Assembly: GCA_020348985.1 (NCBI GenBank)
Contig: CP070761.1
Coordinates: forward strand, 1,273,747 to 1,337,746
Direction of reading: 5' to 3'
From: Candidatus Thorarchaeota archaeon
GTDB lineage: Archaea > Asgardarchaeota > Thorarchaeia > Thorarchaeales > Thorarchaeaceae
Length of the DNA: 64,000 bases
Position numbers and translations under genes: made by a program. Shown in pieces: positions 1-10,446 of the stretch. Every line of letters begins with the position of its first letter. Position 1 is the stretch's first letter. The notes beneath the pieces were generated by a model, which worked only from the letters and a program-made list of their open reading frames with translations, did not search any database and had not been told where the DNA came from.

Positions 1-1354
1 CCGACTTTGCTAGACTCCGTCCTAGGCTTCGAAAGAGTGCAAGAGCTTCCGATTCGATTGGATTAAGCGGAGTTACGGCCTGCTTCCCTGCTGCACTGTA
101 AGGAACTTGTGTTGAAGAAAGGTTCACGAAAAGCAGGACCGAATTTGATGATGTCAGTCCGTACCTCGTCCAATTGACTTTGCGAAGCACCTTGGTGAAT
201 ACGTCATCACTTGCGTCATATAGCAGGGGCACTCGGTTAGCAAACCTGAACAGATTGGGGACATCTGTCGCACCTTTGTCGTCGGTTGTCGCTATCACTC
301 CTTCCAATACAAACGGAATCCCTTGCCATTCGAAGGGGCCTCGTTTGCCAAAACGAGCTTCTGATACATCGAATGTGCTAATCACAGAAGTCAGAAATGC
401 ACTCTTCCCTATTGGTCTGAGACAGCTTGTAACGGGGCTTCCAAATCCGTCGAATTTCCGGAGTTTTGTACTAAGATGGGCGAGGTCGTGTCTTGAAAGC
501 GATGTGACTGGTAGTGTAGGACTGATGGAGACAAATCGCAGAAATCTATCAGCCAAACGAGGGCCAACTTGCTGGAAAGCTCTGATCAAGAAATCGCGAA
601 GTTTCAGGCCAGCAAATTGGCTTACGAGTCGGCGAAGCAGCTCAACGTCAGCTGCCCTCGGATGTGGTTTTGCCAACACTGGAACTGGAGGAATTTCAGC
701 AGCCCAACCACCCATTGTTATTGGATCTTTCCCCGGCATTCTAAAATCAATTGCTGCGTGAGGAGTAGAGACTGTAGTCAGTTTCAAGTACTGGATGATT
801 CTTTCTGAGGCCCTGGCAAAATTACCTTTCAAATCGATTGTCACAGTCGTACCGACTTCTTCTCGCTCGCGGCTTCTCCTTGAAACGACTATTGGTGAGT
901 TTTCTTCAATATCAATGAAGATTCTGAACTCGGTCCCGATTGAAGTGTTAGTGCGTGTGTGTACTGTCACTGGTGTGTCTGTGGTGATTTGACCGTATAG
1001 GACAGCCATTGTGACCCCGAGACCAAAGGTTCCACGATTCTCTCGAGAACCATACTTGCTACCATAGAGGACACGACCGAATGCTTCAGGTACATTATCA
1101 AGAGGAATTCCTAAGCCGTTATCTGAAACCGTTAGGGAAATCGTGTCTACGCTTATGCACTCTAGTCGGACCAAAATCTTCGGAAGTCGAAGTGCATCCT
1201 CACAGGAATCTAGACTGTTTTCAACAAGCTCTCTGACAGAGGTGTACGCAGCTTGTGTTGGATTGCCAAAGCCTGCCATGTGGCGGTTCCTGTAGAAGAA
1301 CTCTGCAGGTGAAAGACTGCTGAACTCTGGCTTGTCAGAGGCTGCTTGGGTCAT
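1..1354 (-). CDS. top6B: DNA topoisomerase VI subunit B (3' end runs off the window; absent from the ORF track)
   Basis: Manual translation from ATG 1354: MTQAASDKPEFSSLSPAEFFYRNRHMAGFGNP...RELVENSLDSCE (GHKL N-box). Transducer motif STQVPYSAAGKQ lies near the window start, in the same frame. Confidence 0.92.
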   Translation of the reverse strand, partial: MTQAASDKPEFSSLSPAEFFYRNRHMAGFGNPTQAAYTSVRELVENSLDSCEDALRLPKILVRLECISVDTISLTVSDNGLGIPLDNVPEAFGRVLYGSKYGSRENRGTFGLGVTMAVLYGQITTDTPVTVHTRTNTSIGTEFRIFIDIEENSPIVVSRRSREREEVGTTVTIDLKGNFARASERIIQYLKLTTVSTPHAAIDFRMPGKDPITMGGWAAEIPPVPVLAKPHPRAADVELLRRLVSQFAGLKLRDFLIRAFQQVGPRLADRFLRFVSISPTLPVTSLSRHDLAHLSTKLRKFDGFGSPVTSCLRPIGKSAFLTSVISTFDVSEARFGKRGPFEWQGIPFVLEGVIATTDDKGATDVPNLFRFANRVPLLYDASDDVFTKVLRKVNWTRYGLTSSNSVLLFVNLSSTQVPYSAAGKQAVTPLNPIESEALALFRSLGRSLAKS

Positions 1355-1416
1355 GCTGTTCGGCTAGCTTTAGATGTTATTGCATTATTAGAGGAGGTAT
1401 TACAATTGAGTTTGTT

Positions 1417-1983
1417 TCAGAGTGCTGATTCTTCCCATAGCTCAGAATGATATCGATGCAAGTCTCTACGCATCTTTTCAAGCCTGGCGTAGACGGCACT
1501 ATGTGGTGCACCGCCAATGAGCATTTGGACTGCCCTATGAGCGAACTCCAGTCCCGGATCAACTCCGATGATTGACACTGTGCGGCCATAGACAGAGATC
1601 TTCGTCTCTGTGGTTTCCTCAATTACCCTTCTCGTTCTGCCATTCTCTCCTATGATTCTACCTGCCACACGTTTCAGCTGATTTGCGGATGATCCGACGC
1701 TCTCTCTAAGTGAAATGATGATTAGTCTAGCATCATCATCCATTAGGGACATAGCGTTCTTCGGGCTAAAACCGCGGGCCATCGCTCGGATAATGTCTCT
1801 GGCCTTCCATGCTAGGACAGGGTCCTCGGTTTCCTGAGGACTTGAGATTGTGACAACACCCTCACGATTGATTTCGATCTTGGTATTCGTAAGCTTCTCA
1901 ACTCTTTTTCTTACACGACCATTCCGCCCAACAATAACTCCTATCCGTTCTTCTGGAACTCTAATGGTTTCGTGATACAGCAT
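1417..1983 (-). CDS. KH-domain pre-rRNA processing protein Dim2/Pno1 (Krr1 family)
   Basis: Two KH motifs (IGVIVGRNG, GRIIGENG), ARGFSP, GAPHSAVY; adjacent to rio1. Confidence 0.9.
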   Translation of the reverse strand: MLYHETIRVPEERIGVIVGRNGRVRKRVEKLTNTKIEINREGVVTISSPQETEDPVLAWKARDIIRAMARGFSPKNAMSLMDDDARLIIISLRESVGSSANQLKRVAGRIIGENGRTRRVIEETTETKISVYGRTVSIIGVDPGLEFAHRAVQMLIGGAPHSAVYARLEKMRRDLHRYHSELWEESAL

Positions 1984-1987
1984 ACGA

Positions 1988-2779
1988 TTACTCACTCTCA
2001 CAAAGAGACAGAATGTGTTTTGTGATTACTTCTGGGTCTTCCGTTTCTACATCTAGCTTCTGGAAATACTGAGTGATGTTTTGAATATCACGGAATAGGT
2101 ACCTTTTGGCATTGTCATGTCCTGTGAGCACTGCCTGTGATACATCTATGAAGACTGGGCCATCATGCCAGAGGATATTGAATTCACTCAAATCTGCATG
2201 AACTAGGCCTGCCTTAGTGAATGAATTCTCAATCATTTCGATGATTTCATTGAAGATGTCAACTGGAGAAGGTATCTTTATGTTGCGTATCAAGGGAGCT
2301 GGTAGTCCAGTCTGATGGTCACCGATAAACTCCATAACTAGGACGTTCCGTTCAATGTCTATTGGCGCTGGAACCTTTACTGATGCTTCATGATAACGCT
2401 TGAGATTCTTGTATTCTTTGAGTGCCCATTTTGGAATGAGAGTTCTGCTCTTCCTTCGTACATTCCTGAATCTGGGGTCGCCTACGATATACTCAAACAT
2501 GAAGTCGGTTTCGGCTGTCGACATTCTGTATATCTTGACAGCTACTGAGTTTCCTTCAACATCTTCCCCTCGATATACGTTGGCTTCCTTCCCTGTGCTA
2601 ATGGCGCCATGAAGTGCTTTGATAGTTCCGCGGTTGAGAAGCTTGTATAGAATCTTCAGAGTAGGTGGATCTATGACTCCTTCGACGACCTTGAATTCAT
2701 CATCATCTCTTCGTCGTTTTGTCTTACGGCGGTCTAGCTCCGAGTCAATCTGCCTTCTCTTCTTCTCTACTTTATCCAT
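1988..2779 (-). CDS. rio1: RIO1 atypical serine kinase
   Basis: ISTGKEANVY, AVKIY, LVHADLSEFNIL, IDVSQAV. Confidence 0.95.
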   Translation of the reverse strand: MDKVEKKRRQIDSELDRRKTKRRRDDDEFKVVEGVIDPPTLKILYKLLNRGTIKALHGAISTGKEANVYRGEDVEGNSVAVKIYRMSTAETDFMFEYIVGDPRFRNVRRKSRTLIPKWALKEYKNLKRYHEASVKVPAPIDIERNVLVMEFIGDHQTGLPAPLIRNIKIPSPVDIFNEIIEMIENSFTKAGLVHADLSEFNILWHDGPVFIDVSQAVLTGHDNAKRYLFRDIQNITQYFQKLDVETEDPEVITKHILSLCESE

Positions 2780-2858
2780 TGTAGGCGCTCACACCTAGTG
2801 GTAGGGGCATTTCAGCCTATTCGTGAATGGGAATGAAAGAACAAAAACCCTAGCACAT

Positions 2859-3194
2859 CTAGAACATCTTCAATAGCCCACGCTTCTGAAGCCAATCAAT
2901 CTCGTTGCCGCGGTATCTGTGAACTACGTCGCATTTCTCATCAGACTGGAAGTCCCAAGGAACAATTACGACTGTGTCACCAACTCTCATCCAGACTCTC
3001 TTCTTCATCCTGCCTGGAATCCGTCCCACTCTTATGTTTCCGTCCTCACACCTGACTCTGACTCGGTCGAAACCAAGCATCTGAATGATGATTCCGAACA
3101 TCTCACCATCATTGCGTCTCGGTGTTCTAACTCTGACTAGCTCTTCTTCTGTGGGCGGGGGACCTCTATGACGTCCCTTTCCTCTTCGAACCAA
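2859..3194 (-). CDS. eif1a: Translation initiation factor aIF-1A
   Basis: RVRCEDG..R.GRIPGRMKKRVW..GD.V...PWDFQ; TTG start after a GGAGGA RBS. Confidence 0.93.
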   Translation of the reverse strand: MVRRGKGRHRGPPPTEEELVRVRTPRRNDGEMFGIIIQMLGFDRVRVRCEDGNIRVGRIPGRMKKRVWMRVGDTVVIVPWDFQSDEKCDVVHRYRGNEIDWLQKRGLLKMF

Positions 3195-3318
3195 AATGAT
3201 CCTCCATTCAAGAATAAGACCTGGGATTAGGGAGGCCTTCCCGCGAGAAGCAAGAGTGCGCATTTAAGCGTACCGACCGCACACACATTCCAAGACCCTA
3301 AGACAATTCAAAACTACT

Positions 3319-4413
3319 CTACTCCGCGGCAGAGTTCTCGTACGGCAAGGGAAGAACAGTCTCATCATCTAGAACCAAGACCCCAATCTGTGACCCTGCT
3401 TCTATGTTGGGTGAAAGACGTGAGTCCTCTATCTCGGCCATCACATACGTCTCCGAATCCATAATCTGGGCAGGCTTTCCGTAGCCACGTGACACAACCA
3501 TATACTCTCGCCTAGCTGAAGCGGGTTTGAGGAACTCGATCGTTCGCCACTTTGCACTCTTAACAGTCACTGTAAATCGGCTGTTGTCTATCAAGTCGTA
3601 ACATGTCAAGCCGCCTTTGCCCATGGCCATGACCTGACATGCGTTTCCCTCAACAGTGATGAAATCACCCACTCTGAAGTGAGGCAACCTCACCAAGACT
3701 GTTATCCTGAATTTATCCTTTCCACCCTTTTCCTGACCCGTTAGCTTGTAGTTCTCTTTCCTCTCCGCCAAGAACCTTGATTGTAGTTCATCTGCGATCC
3801 TCTTTGTCAAATGCTCGGAACCAACCCAGAAGTCGATACCGAATTTGACTCTACTTGATCCGCTGACAAATGCACGATTATCCTTTCCGTATTCAGCGAT
3901 TGTGAGTTCTTCGACAATCGCAACTATCTCCTCCTCCTCTGATTCCGAGAGCGGTCTGGAATCGGCACGAATTTGGAGAATCGCTTCATAGTAGCCACCG
4001 CTCATCATTGAGCACGTAGTGCACGTCTCGTAGCTAAATCGTACTTCTACTGGGTGGTTCTCTGTGTGTGGAGCAAGGGATTCGTGAGACCTACCCTTTG
4101 CAGTAACAATGATGTGAGAAACTCGGTCCAGCCGATTCTCTTCTTCAAAAGTGATTGCGACATCACCGAAGAAGCGCTTCAGACTAAGGTCTAGACCAAT
4201 CTCAATCTGCTTGTTGACAACATCATCGCCATGAGCTTCGCTGAAATCAATCGTCCTCCAGCCTCCGGGCACTTTCACGGACCCACACTTCTTGCAGGTG
4301 ACAATAGCAAGAGGGGACTCAACCTGTACCAGAAGATGCTCCTTATTGTAGCAGCTGGCACATAGTCCGTCTATGGTAGATTCTTCACCGCAAAGGTAAC
4401 ACGGAGCTGGCAA
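3319..4413 (-). CDS. nmd3: NMD3-family large-subunit export/maturation protein
   Basis: Four CxxC pairs, GYYEAILQIR, YKLTGQ..G..K.R.TVLVR. Confidence 0.88.
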   Translation of the reverse strand: MPAPCYLCGEESTIDGLCASCYNKEHLLVQVESPLAIVTCKKCGSVKVPGGWRTIDFSEAHGDDVVNKQIEIGLDLSLKRFFGDVAITFEEENRLDRVSHIIVTAKGRSHESLAPHTENHPVEVRFSYETCTTCSMMSGGYYEAILQIRADSRPLSESEEEEIVAIVEELTIAEYGKDNRAFVSGSSRVKFGIDFWVGSEHLTKRIADELQSRFLAERKENYKLTGQEKGGKDKFRITVLVRLPHFRVGDFITVEGNACQVMAMGKGGLTCYDLIDNSRFTVTVKSAKWRTIEFLKPASARREYMVVSRGYGKPAQIMDSETYVMAEIEDSRLSPNIEAGSQIGVLVLDDETVLPLPYENSAAE

Positions 4414-4484
4414 GGTAATTCAACTACCCAAAATCGTGGAGTTCGTACTTAAAACCGCGCTAATGGTACCGAATCTGATGGCAG

Positions 4485-4784
4485 TCAAAGGCGTACCCAT
4501 TGAGCATGGGGATGTCCTTCAATGTAGATCACTGCGTTCTTGTGTACATACCCTGCATCAATCGCGGACTCTACTGAATCCTTCCCGACCATGTTTACTA
4601 TTGTTGCCTTCTCAAGGTGGGGGAGACATTGCTTGAAGTCAACAAGATCCCCACCATAGAATTCTTTACTGACGCTGAACTTCACTTCGCCTTTCACGAG
4701 GGTCTTACCGAGAAGGCTCTCATCACAAAGAGCAACTAGGTAATGTTCGTGAGTTTCACGAACTCGCATATACACCGAAGGCAA
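4485..4784 (-). CDS. DUF424 family protein
   Basis: LVALCD..LLGK, FYGG, ATIVNMVG, G.PHAQ; usual neighbour of aIF-2beta. Confidence 0.85.
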   Translation of the reverse strand: MPSVYMRVRETHEHYLVALCDESLLGKTLVKGEVKFSVSKEFYGGDLVDFKQCLPHLEKATIVNMVGKDSVESAIDAGYVHKNAVIYIEGHPHAQWVRL

Positions 4785-4801
4785 GATATGTGGACCCCCC
4801 A

Positions 4802-5215
4802 TCATACAGGCCTGATCGCAGTTCTAGCACCACAGGCTGAGCAGTTCAGGTAGTACTGGTTCTTCTCTTTCATCATACTTGTGTCGGGTCTTGTGCAAAC
4901 AGGACATATCACATAGGCATTGATGTAGCGATTGAGAACCTCCTCTACCACCTCTGGTCCAAACTTCCCCTGAAAGACTGCAGTGCTACCCTCGAAGTTT
5001 CCTGCTGTGGCAAGCTGGCCTGAGACGTACTTCATTACTTCTTTGCCTGGCCGATTGAGAACTGTGATGATTTCCTGGAAGTTTTGCCAGATGGTTCTGT
5101 TTCCTTGGACCATAAGCTGGACCTCGGGAACTTGGAATCTCTCACCGGATCTCTTGAATGCGTCCTCAGGAATTTGGGATCGTGCCCTGTCTAGAAGGCT
5201 CTCATAGTCGTCCAT
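4802..5215 (-). CDS. eif2b: Translation initiation factor aIF-2 beta
   Basis: YESLLDRA, RFQVP, GNRT, YVICPVC..PDT...CSACGA zinc ribbon. Confidence 0.95.
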   Translation of the reverse strand: MDDYESLLDRARSQIPEDAFKRSGERFQVPEVQLMVQGNRTIWQNFQEIITVLNRPGKEVMKYVSGQLATAGNFEGSTAVFQGKFGPEVVEEVLNRYINAYVICPVCTRPDTSMMKEKNQYYLNCSACGARTAIRPV

Positions 5216-5266
5216 ATTGGAGTCTCTAAACAATCTGCTATTGAAGCTTCTGCTTGGGTAGTAGTA

Positions 5267-5974
5267 CTATTTCATAGCAATGACATACTTCCCAAGCTCT
5301 ATCTCTATTATCTTCTCTTGGTCTTGTAGGTCCAAGACCTTCATCTGGATGTCAGTCTTTGAATGTCCCCTGCCCTCGAAGAATTCGATGATTTCTTGAA
5401 TCTTGACGCCTGCAGGCCCCATCTGTTCAACGAACTGGACTATCTGTTTTGAGAAGGTACCCGAAAGCGAAACCGAGTCGGTCAAAGGCGGAGTAGCCTC
5501 ATCAATAGTTGCCTGGACGTCGCCTTCAGTTTTAGCTGGAGAATCTCCAGGCTCGACTTCCAAAGGAGTGGAGATTCCTGCCAAAGTCAGGACAGCTCTG
5601 TAGCGTTCCAGGTGATGAAGAGTAATGAAGTTCGGATCCGTCACATTTCGTACAATCTCGGGATCGATGTGAACCTCTCCTTGGTATTCCCGGACCTTCC
5701 CTACAACCATGACGAGTGAATTGGGTTCAACTGAAGCTAGGATGTCTGCATCCTCGCGCCAAGCCTTTGCACGTATAGTCTCAGTTCCATCATCGATTGT
5801 GATGCTTGAGTATTCGCCAGCTCTTGCATAGTGCTGGACAACAAACCCCACAAGCACTACGCGTCTAAGCTCAACTCCTAATGGAGAAATGACGTGAGGT
5901 CCGTTTTCCCTGCTGAACTTGCCCTTGATCACGTCCTCAACCGACGCTCGGACTCCAGTCATTCTTTCCATCAT
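5267..5974 (-). CDS. RPA32/RPA2-like OB-fold ssDNA-binding subunit with C-terminal winged helix
   Basis: ITIDDGTETIRAKAW and VVGKVREYQGE OB motif, low-complexity linker, C-terminal wH. Confidence 0.8.
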   Translation of the reverse strand: MMERMTGVRASVEDVIKGKFSRENGPHVISPLGVELRRVVLVGFVVQHYARAGEYSSITIDDGTETIRAKAWREDADILASVEPNSLVMVVGKVREYQGEVHIDPEIVRNVTDPNFITLHHLERYRAVLTLAGISTPLEVEPGDSPAKTEGDVQATIDEATPPLTDSVSLSGTFSKQIVQFVEQMGPAGVKIQEIIEFFEGRGHSKTDIQMKVLDLQDQEKIIEIELGKYVIAMK

Positions 5975-6105
5975 GTGAAATCCTCCTTGAACATTCACTC
6001 TCGTTCAAGGGTATATATCATACTTCGATACAAGTCGAACAGCCTCCTTCCGGCATATTACATTTGCTTTCCCTGGGTTTGATTATGAAGAAATAACACT
6101 TCAAG

Positions 6106-7140
6106 CTAGAAGAAATCGCTGAGAGAGCTTTGTCGAGAATCCCCACGCGTCTTCTGAGTCACGTCTTTGAGCTTTTCCATTGTCCGGTCGACACGTTCGC
6201 GACTGAAGTCGTGATTCACACAGAGAATTCTATGTAGTTCATCAATGTCAGGATCACTCCATATGGGGGGATCTACTTCAGCTGGTGGCGGATTCAAGAA
6301 TATGTCCCGAACCTCCTGATATGGGAACTGAATATCAATGCCCTTCTCAGTTTGGACTTGCTCGATTGTGCCATGGACCCTGATCAGTTTGAGAGCGGTC
6401 TTGGGACCAATCCCTGGTATCTTATCATTATAATCGGTGCCTATCAAAATCGCTATGTCGACGAGCTGCTCTCTTGTGACTTCAAGCAGTCTAAGGTTGA
6501 GATCTAACTCGATAATCTCCGGGTGAATTGTTTTGAAAGTCTTCGAACGCGAAACCCTTCTTCTTCCGGAGATTGAAAGATTGCGCACCATTCTGGGACA
6601 GTTGTAAAGCAATGAATCGCTGTCTTGGCTTGCGCTGGCCCAGACAATCCGCTCCCTTGCCATCTGTGCAGCCAGAGCCACTCCCTCTGATGGCGCCTGA
6701 ATTGCTGGAATACCTAGTGCAGTGAGTAATTCCTTGCTTTCGATGACGATTTCTTCTGTCAGTCTAGAACTGGTTTGTGCGGCGCTTCTGGCATCTTCAA
6801 TTCGTCCCTCTTCCAGAGCCTTCTCCCACTTCTTGTGCTCCTCTTCGCTAACCCCACGTCGTCGCTCAATCTCAGTTGCCTTGAGCTTGGGCGATTCTCC
6901 GTCGAAAACGTATACTGGCTTAATACCTTTCTCTAACAGATGGGCATTTCGATAGAAGAGACCACTTAGATGGCTTGTGACCCGCTTTTGGCTATCCATC
7001 AAGGGGGTCCCATCGGGTTGGTGGATTGTTGAAAGGAATTGATATAGAGTGTTGAATGCATCGACTGCAATTTTCCGGCCAGACAATTCCTCTAGAGATG
7101 TTGCATTTGCAGTCATTATGGCACCGAGCTTCGAGTCCAA
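6106..7140 (-). CDS. fen: Flap endonuclease 1 (several conserved residues substituted)
   Basis: IAVDAFNTLYQFL, VFDG, APSEG, SQD.D, IGTDYN, GIGPKTA and C-terminal PIP box QSSLSDFF; TTG start 6 nt after GGAGGTG. Confidence 0.92.
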   Translation of the reverse strand: MDSKLGAIMTANATSLEELSGRKIAVDAFNTLYQFLSTIHQPDGTPLMDSQKRVTSHLSGLFYRNAHLLEKGIKPVYVFDGESPKLKATEIERRRGVSEEEHKKWEKALEEGRIEDARSAAQTSSRLTEEIVIESKELLTALGIPAIQAPSEGVALAAQMARERIVWASASQDSDSLLYNCPRMVRNLSISGRRRVSRSKTFKTIHPEIIELDLNLRLLEVTREQLVDIAILIGTDYNDKIPGIGPKTALKLIRVHGTIEQVQTEKGIDIQFPYQEVRDIFLNPPPAEVDPPIWSDPDIDELHRILCVNHDFSRERVDRTMEKLKDVTQKTRGDSRQSSLSDFF

Positions 7141-7327
7141 GCCACGCACCTCCAATGAGCGCTTGCTGAAGGTCTTGAATATTAGATAAATCAGTTGAAT
7201 CCTAAAATGCGAATTCTGCCACTTCTGGCGGATTCTGAGCATTTTCTGCAAGGTCGCCTTCGACAGCTTTATAACAATCCGTCAAGGGGGCCTCCAAAGC
7301 CTCAATGAAAATGGTCTTGGTGATATC

Positions 7328-7504
7328 GTGTCAACAATGAGAGCTATAAGATGCACTTCGTGTCATGGTTCTGTTTCGCCAAAGGAGGACAGTGTGAAGC
7401 TGAAGTGCCCATCATGCGGCGAGTTCACAATTTGGCGATGTGAGTCGTGCAGAAGATTCTCTAACAGGTACAAGTGTCCAAATTGCGGCTTTGAGGGGCC
7501 GTAG
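7328..7504 (+). CDS. Small zinc-ribbon protein (DUF1610/HVO_2753 family); below the ORF track cutoff
   Basis: MSTMRAIRCTSCHGSVSPKEDSVKLKCPSCGEFTIWRCESCRRFSNRYKCPNCGFEGP; four CxxC and terminal GFEGP; usual position upstream of EF-1beta. Confidence 0.92.
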   Translation: MSTMRAIRCTSCHGSVSPKEDSVKLKCPSCGEFTIWRCESCRRFSNRYKCPNCGFEGP

Positions 7505-7524
7505 TACAGGGAGAGGGATAGAGA

Positions 7525-7791
7525 ATGGCAAGAGTCGTCATAACGCTGAAAATCATGCCTGAAGACATTGACGTAGATATCATGGATCTTCTCGAGAGAG
7601 TGAAGCAATCAGTACCAGAAGGCACGGATGTTAGAGCAAACGAGATTGTACCTGTGGCATTCGGTCTCAAGGCTATCAGAATGAACGTAGCCAGAGAGGA
7701 AGCAATGGGTGGCACTGATGACATTGAAGCAGCAATCAGTGCTCTCGACGGTGTCAGCCAAGTTGAGGTAGAAATGGTCTCTAGGATGTAG
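7525..7791 (+). CDS. ef1b: Elongation factor 1-beta
   Basis: KIMPE, PVAFGLKA, GGTDDIE. Confidence 0.95.
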   Translation: MARVVITLKIMPEDIDVDIMDLLERVKQSVPEGTDVRANEIVPVAFGLKAIRMNVAREEAMGGTDDIEAAISALDGVSQVEVEMVSRM

Positions 7792-7945
7792 TATTCCGCA
7801 TTCATTGTGGCTTATTACGCGCCACATGAGAAAGAGAGATAGAGATATCCTTATAGACCAATGACTGAAGCTGATAAGTGAGAAGGGTTGGACCTCTCCT
7901 GTCAGCAGACAGTCACGTTTGTGACCTGGAGGATGCTTTTAGGCT

Positions 7946-10138
7946 TTGACCGAAATCGTACTCAAAGTTGCAGAAGCCGAACACAGAGATATCGGACGAT
8001 TCATTGTACGGATAGATGCAATGTCCATGGAGAAACTCGGTGTCAGAACAGGCGATATTATACAAATCAAGGGGAAGAGACTCACAGCAGCTATTGCCTG
8101 GCCGGCGTATCAAGGTGATAAGGGTCGTGAGATCATTCGAATGGATGGCAGGATTAGAAGAAATGCCGGAGTAAGCCTAAGTGAAAAGGTGATGGTCTCG
8201 AGAGCAAACGAAGATCCTGCGCGAAACATCACATTGGCTCCGACATCCGTTCCAATTCGTCCAGAGCCCAGGTTCGAGGAATTCGTCAAGCGGAAGCTTC
8301 TCAATTGCCCGGTTACAACGCAGGATACTGTATTCATTCCAATACTTGGACGAGCAATCCCATTCAAGGTAACTTCTGTCAAACCTGGTGGCACGGTTGT
8401 TGTGCAGCATTCAACAATTCTCACAATAACTGAGAAGCCTACAGGAGATGTTATAGGCGCGGCTCAGGTCACCTATGAGGAGATTGGAGGGCTTTCTGAG
8501 GAGATACAGAGAATCCGAGAGATGGTTGAGCTTCCAATGCGCCATCCTGAAATCTTCAAGCGGCTTGGAATTGATCCCCCACGCGGGCTGATTCTACATG
8601 GTCCTCCAGGAACTGGAAAGACTTTGATGGCAAAGGCCGTCGCAAACGAATCTGAAGCCAACTTCATCCACATCAACGGTCCGGAGATCATGTCGAAGTT
8701 CTACGGAGAATCGGAGCAGAAGCTTAGGAAGATTTTCGAAGATGCCGAGGAGAATGCCCCCAGCATAATCTTCATCGACGAGTTAGATGCTATAGCGCCC
8801 AAAAGGGAAGACGTTCAAGGTGAGGTCGAACGCAGAGTCGTTGCGCAGCTTTTGGCAACCATGGATGGCCTGAAGGCTAGGGGACAGGTCATAGTTATCG
8901 GGGCAACGAATAGGGTGAATGCGCTCGATCCAGCGCTACGACGCCCTGGCAGATTCGACCGAGAGATTGAGATTGGAGTCCCTGACGAGATAGGCAGATT
9001 GGAAGTGCTCCATATTCATTCTCGAGGAATGCCCCTGACCGCTGAAGGCGAAGGAGAGGTGGATCTCCAGAAACTAGCGAAGATAACTCACGGTTTTGTC
9101 GGAGCTGACTTGAATGCATTGTGTAGAGAAGCTGCAATGAAGGCATTGCGGAGGTATCTTCCGAAGATTGACCTAGAAGAAGAAGAGATTCCTCAAGAAG
9201 TCTTAGAACAGCTTGAGGTCAACAATACCGACTTCTTGGAGGCTCTAAGAGAAATTCAGCCTTCTGCAATTCGTGAGGTCTTCCTTGAGATTCCTGATGT
9301 TAGGTGGAGCGACATAGGCGGCTTGGATGAGGCCAAGCAAGAGCTGATAGAAGTTGTAGAGTGGCCTCTGAAGAAGCCCGAATCATTCAAACGACTTGGA
9401 ATCAGCCCACCAAAAGGTGTACTCATTTTCGGACCACCAGGTTGTGGCAAGACCCTTTTAGCCCGAGCCGTCGCTACTGAGAGTGAGGCCAATTTCATAA
9501 GCGTCAAAGGTCCGGAGCTTCTCTCAAAATGGGTAGGAGAAAGTGAGAGAGCAATTCGTGAGGTCTTCCGTAAAGCTAGGACTGCAGCACCAGCGATGAT
9601 ATTCTTTGATGAAATAGATGCAATCGCGCCAGTGCGTGGAAGGAGTGCTGGTGATAGCCAAGTTACCGAGAGAGTAATCAGTCAGCTACTGACTGAGATG
9701 GACGGGCTGGAATCGATGAAGGACGTGGTAGTCTTGGCCGCGACAAACCGTCCAGAGCTACTAGACAGAGCATTGCTCAGAAGCGGCAGATTTGACCGCT
9801 TTGTGTACGTCAACCCACCAGATGCAAAGAGCAGAAAACAGATCTTTGACATATACACTGCGGATATGCCTCTGGAACCAGATGTCGATTTGGATGCAAT
9901 GGTGGCAGAAACTGAGTATTATGTAGGAGGCGACATCGAAGGGCTTTGTAGAGAAGCAGGAATGTTGTCTCTTCGAGAGAATCTTGAGGCTGAATCCGTT
10001 GCAATGAGACACTTCATGGCGGCCAAGAAGTCGATACATCCATCAGTAACCAAGGAAATGCTAACTCGCTACAAGAGAATGAATGAGGAGCTTCGTAGAA
10101 CAGAAGAGTTAATCGCAGGTCCTCCTGGATTCATCTAA
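7946..10138 (+). CDS. cdc48: CDC48/VCP AAA+ ATPase
   Basis: N-domain plus two AAA modules ([31 protein letters not shown]). Confidence 0.97.
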   Translation: MTEIVLKVAEAEHRDIGRFIVRIDAMSMEKLGVRTGDIIQIKGKRLTAAIAWPAYQGDKGREIIRMDGRIRRNAGVSLSEKVMVSRANEDPARNITLAPTSVPIRPEPRFEEFVKRKLLNCPVTTQDTVFIPILGRAIPFKVTSVKPGGTVVVQHSTILTITEKPTGDVIGAAQVTYEEIGGLSEEIQRIREMVELPMRHPEIFKRLGIDPPRGLILHGPPGTGKTLMAKAVANESEANFIHINGPEIMSKFYGESEQKLRKIFEDAEENAPSIIFIDELDAIAPKREDVQGEVERRVVAQLLATMDGLKARGQVIVIGATNRVNALDPALRRPGRFDREIEIGVPDEIGRLEVLHIHSRGMPLTAEGEGEVDLQKLAKITHGFVGADLNALCREAAMKALRRYLPKIDLEEEEIPQEVLEQLEVNNTDFLEALREIQPSAIREVFLEIPDVRWSDIGGLDEAKQELIEVVEWPLKKPESFKRLGISPPKGVLIFGPPGCGKTLLARAVATESEANFISVKGPELLSKWVGESERAIREVFRKARTAAPAMIFFDEIDAIAPVRGRSAGDSQVTERVISQLLTEMDGLESMKDVVVLAATNRPELLDRALLRSGRFDRFVYVNPPDAKSRKQIFDIYTADMPLEPDVDLDAMVAETEYYVGGDIEGLCREAGMLSLRENLEAESVAMRHFMAAKKSIHPSVTKEMLTRYKRMNEELRRTEELIAGPPGFI

Positions 10139-10141
10139 TCA

Positions 10142-10420
10142 TTGGACAGTGATACAAAATTGTCACCGTGGAGTGCTTTACCCCTGAGAAGCCTGATTGT
10201 GAGCATAGTAAGAAAGCGTCGCGGAGTGATTCTTGACGACGAACTGAAGAGAGCTCTCAAGAAGGAGCTGGGAACGGACCCAAGCGAGGGTGAACTGAAT
10301 CGTGCACTCATGCAGCTTGAGATCAATGGCCTTGTCCATGTGAGCCAAATCACAAAGACAAAACGACGTATTGAAGTAATAGAGGAAGGAACCGAATTCC
10401 TCGCAGTTGATGAGGATTAG
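10142..10420 (+). CDS. Small winged-helix protein coupled to cdc48
   Basis: ELNRALMQLEINGLVHV wH pattern; starts 3 nt after the cdc48 stop. Confidence 0.7.
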   Translation: MDSDTKLSPWSALPLRSLIVSIVRKRRGVILDDELKRALKKELGTDPSEGELNRALMQLEINGLVHVSQITKTKRRIEVIEEGTEFLAVDED

Positions 10421-10446
10421 GACTTGCTGAACTCGAGTGGGCTACG

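Noticed and set aside
174-992. Plus-strand ORFs 174-761, 569-808 and 795-992
   Set aside because: Antisense shadows of top6B.
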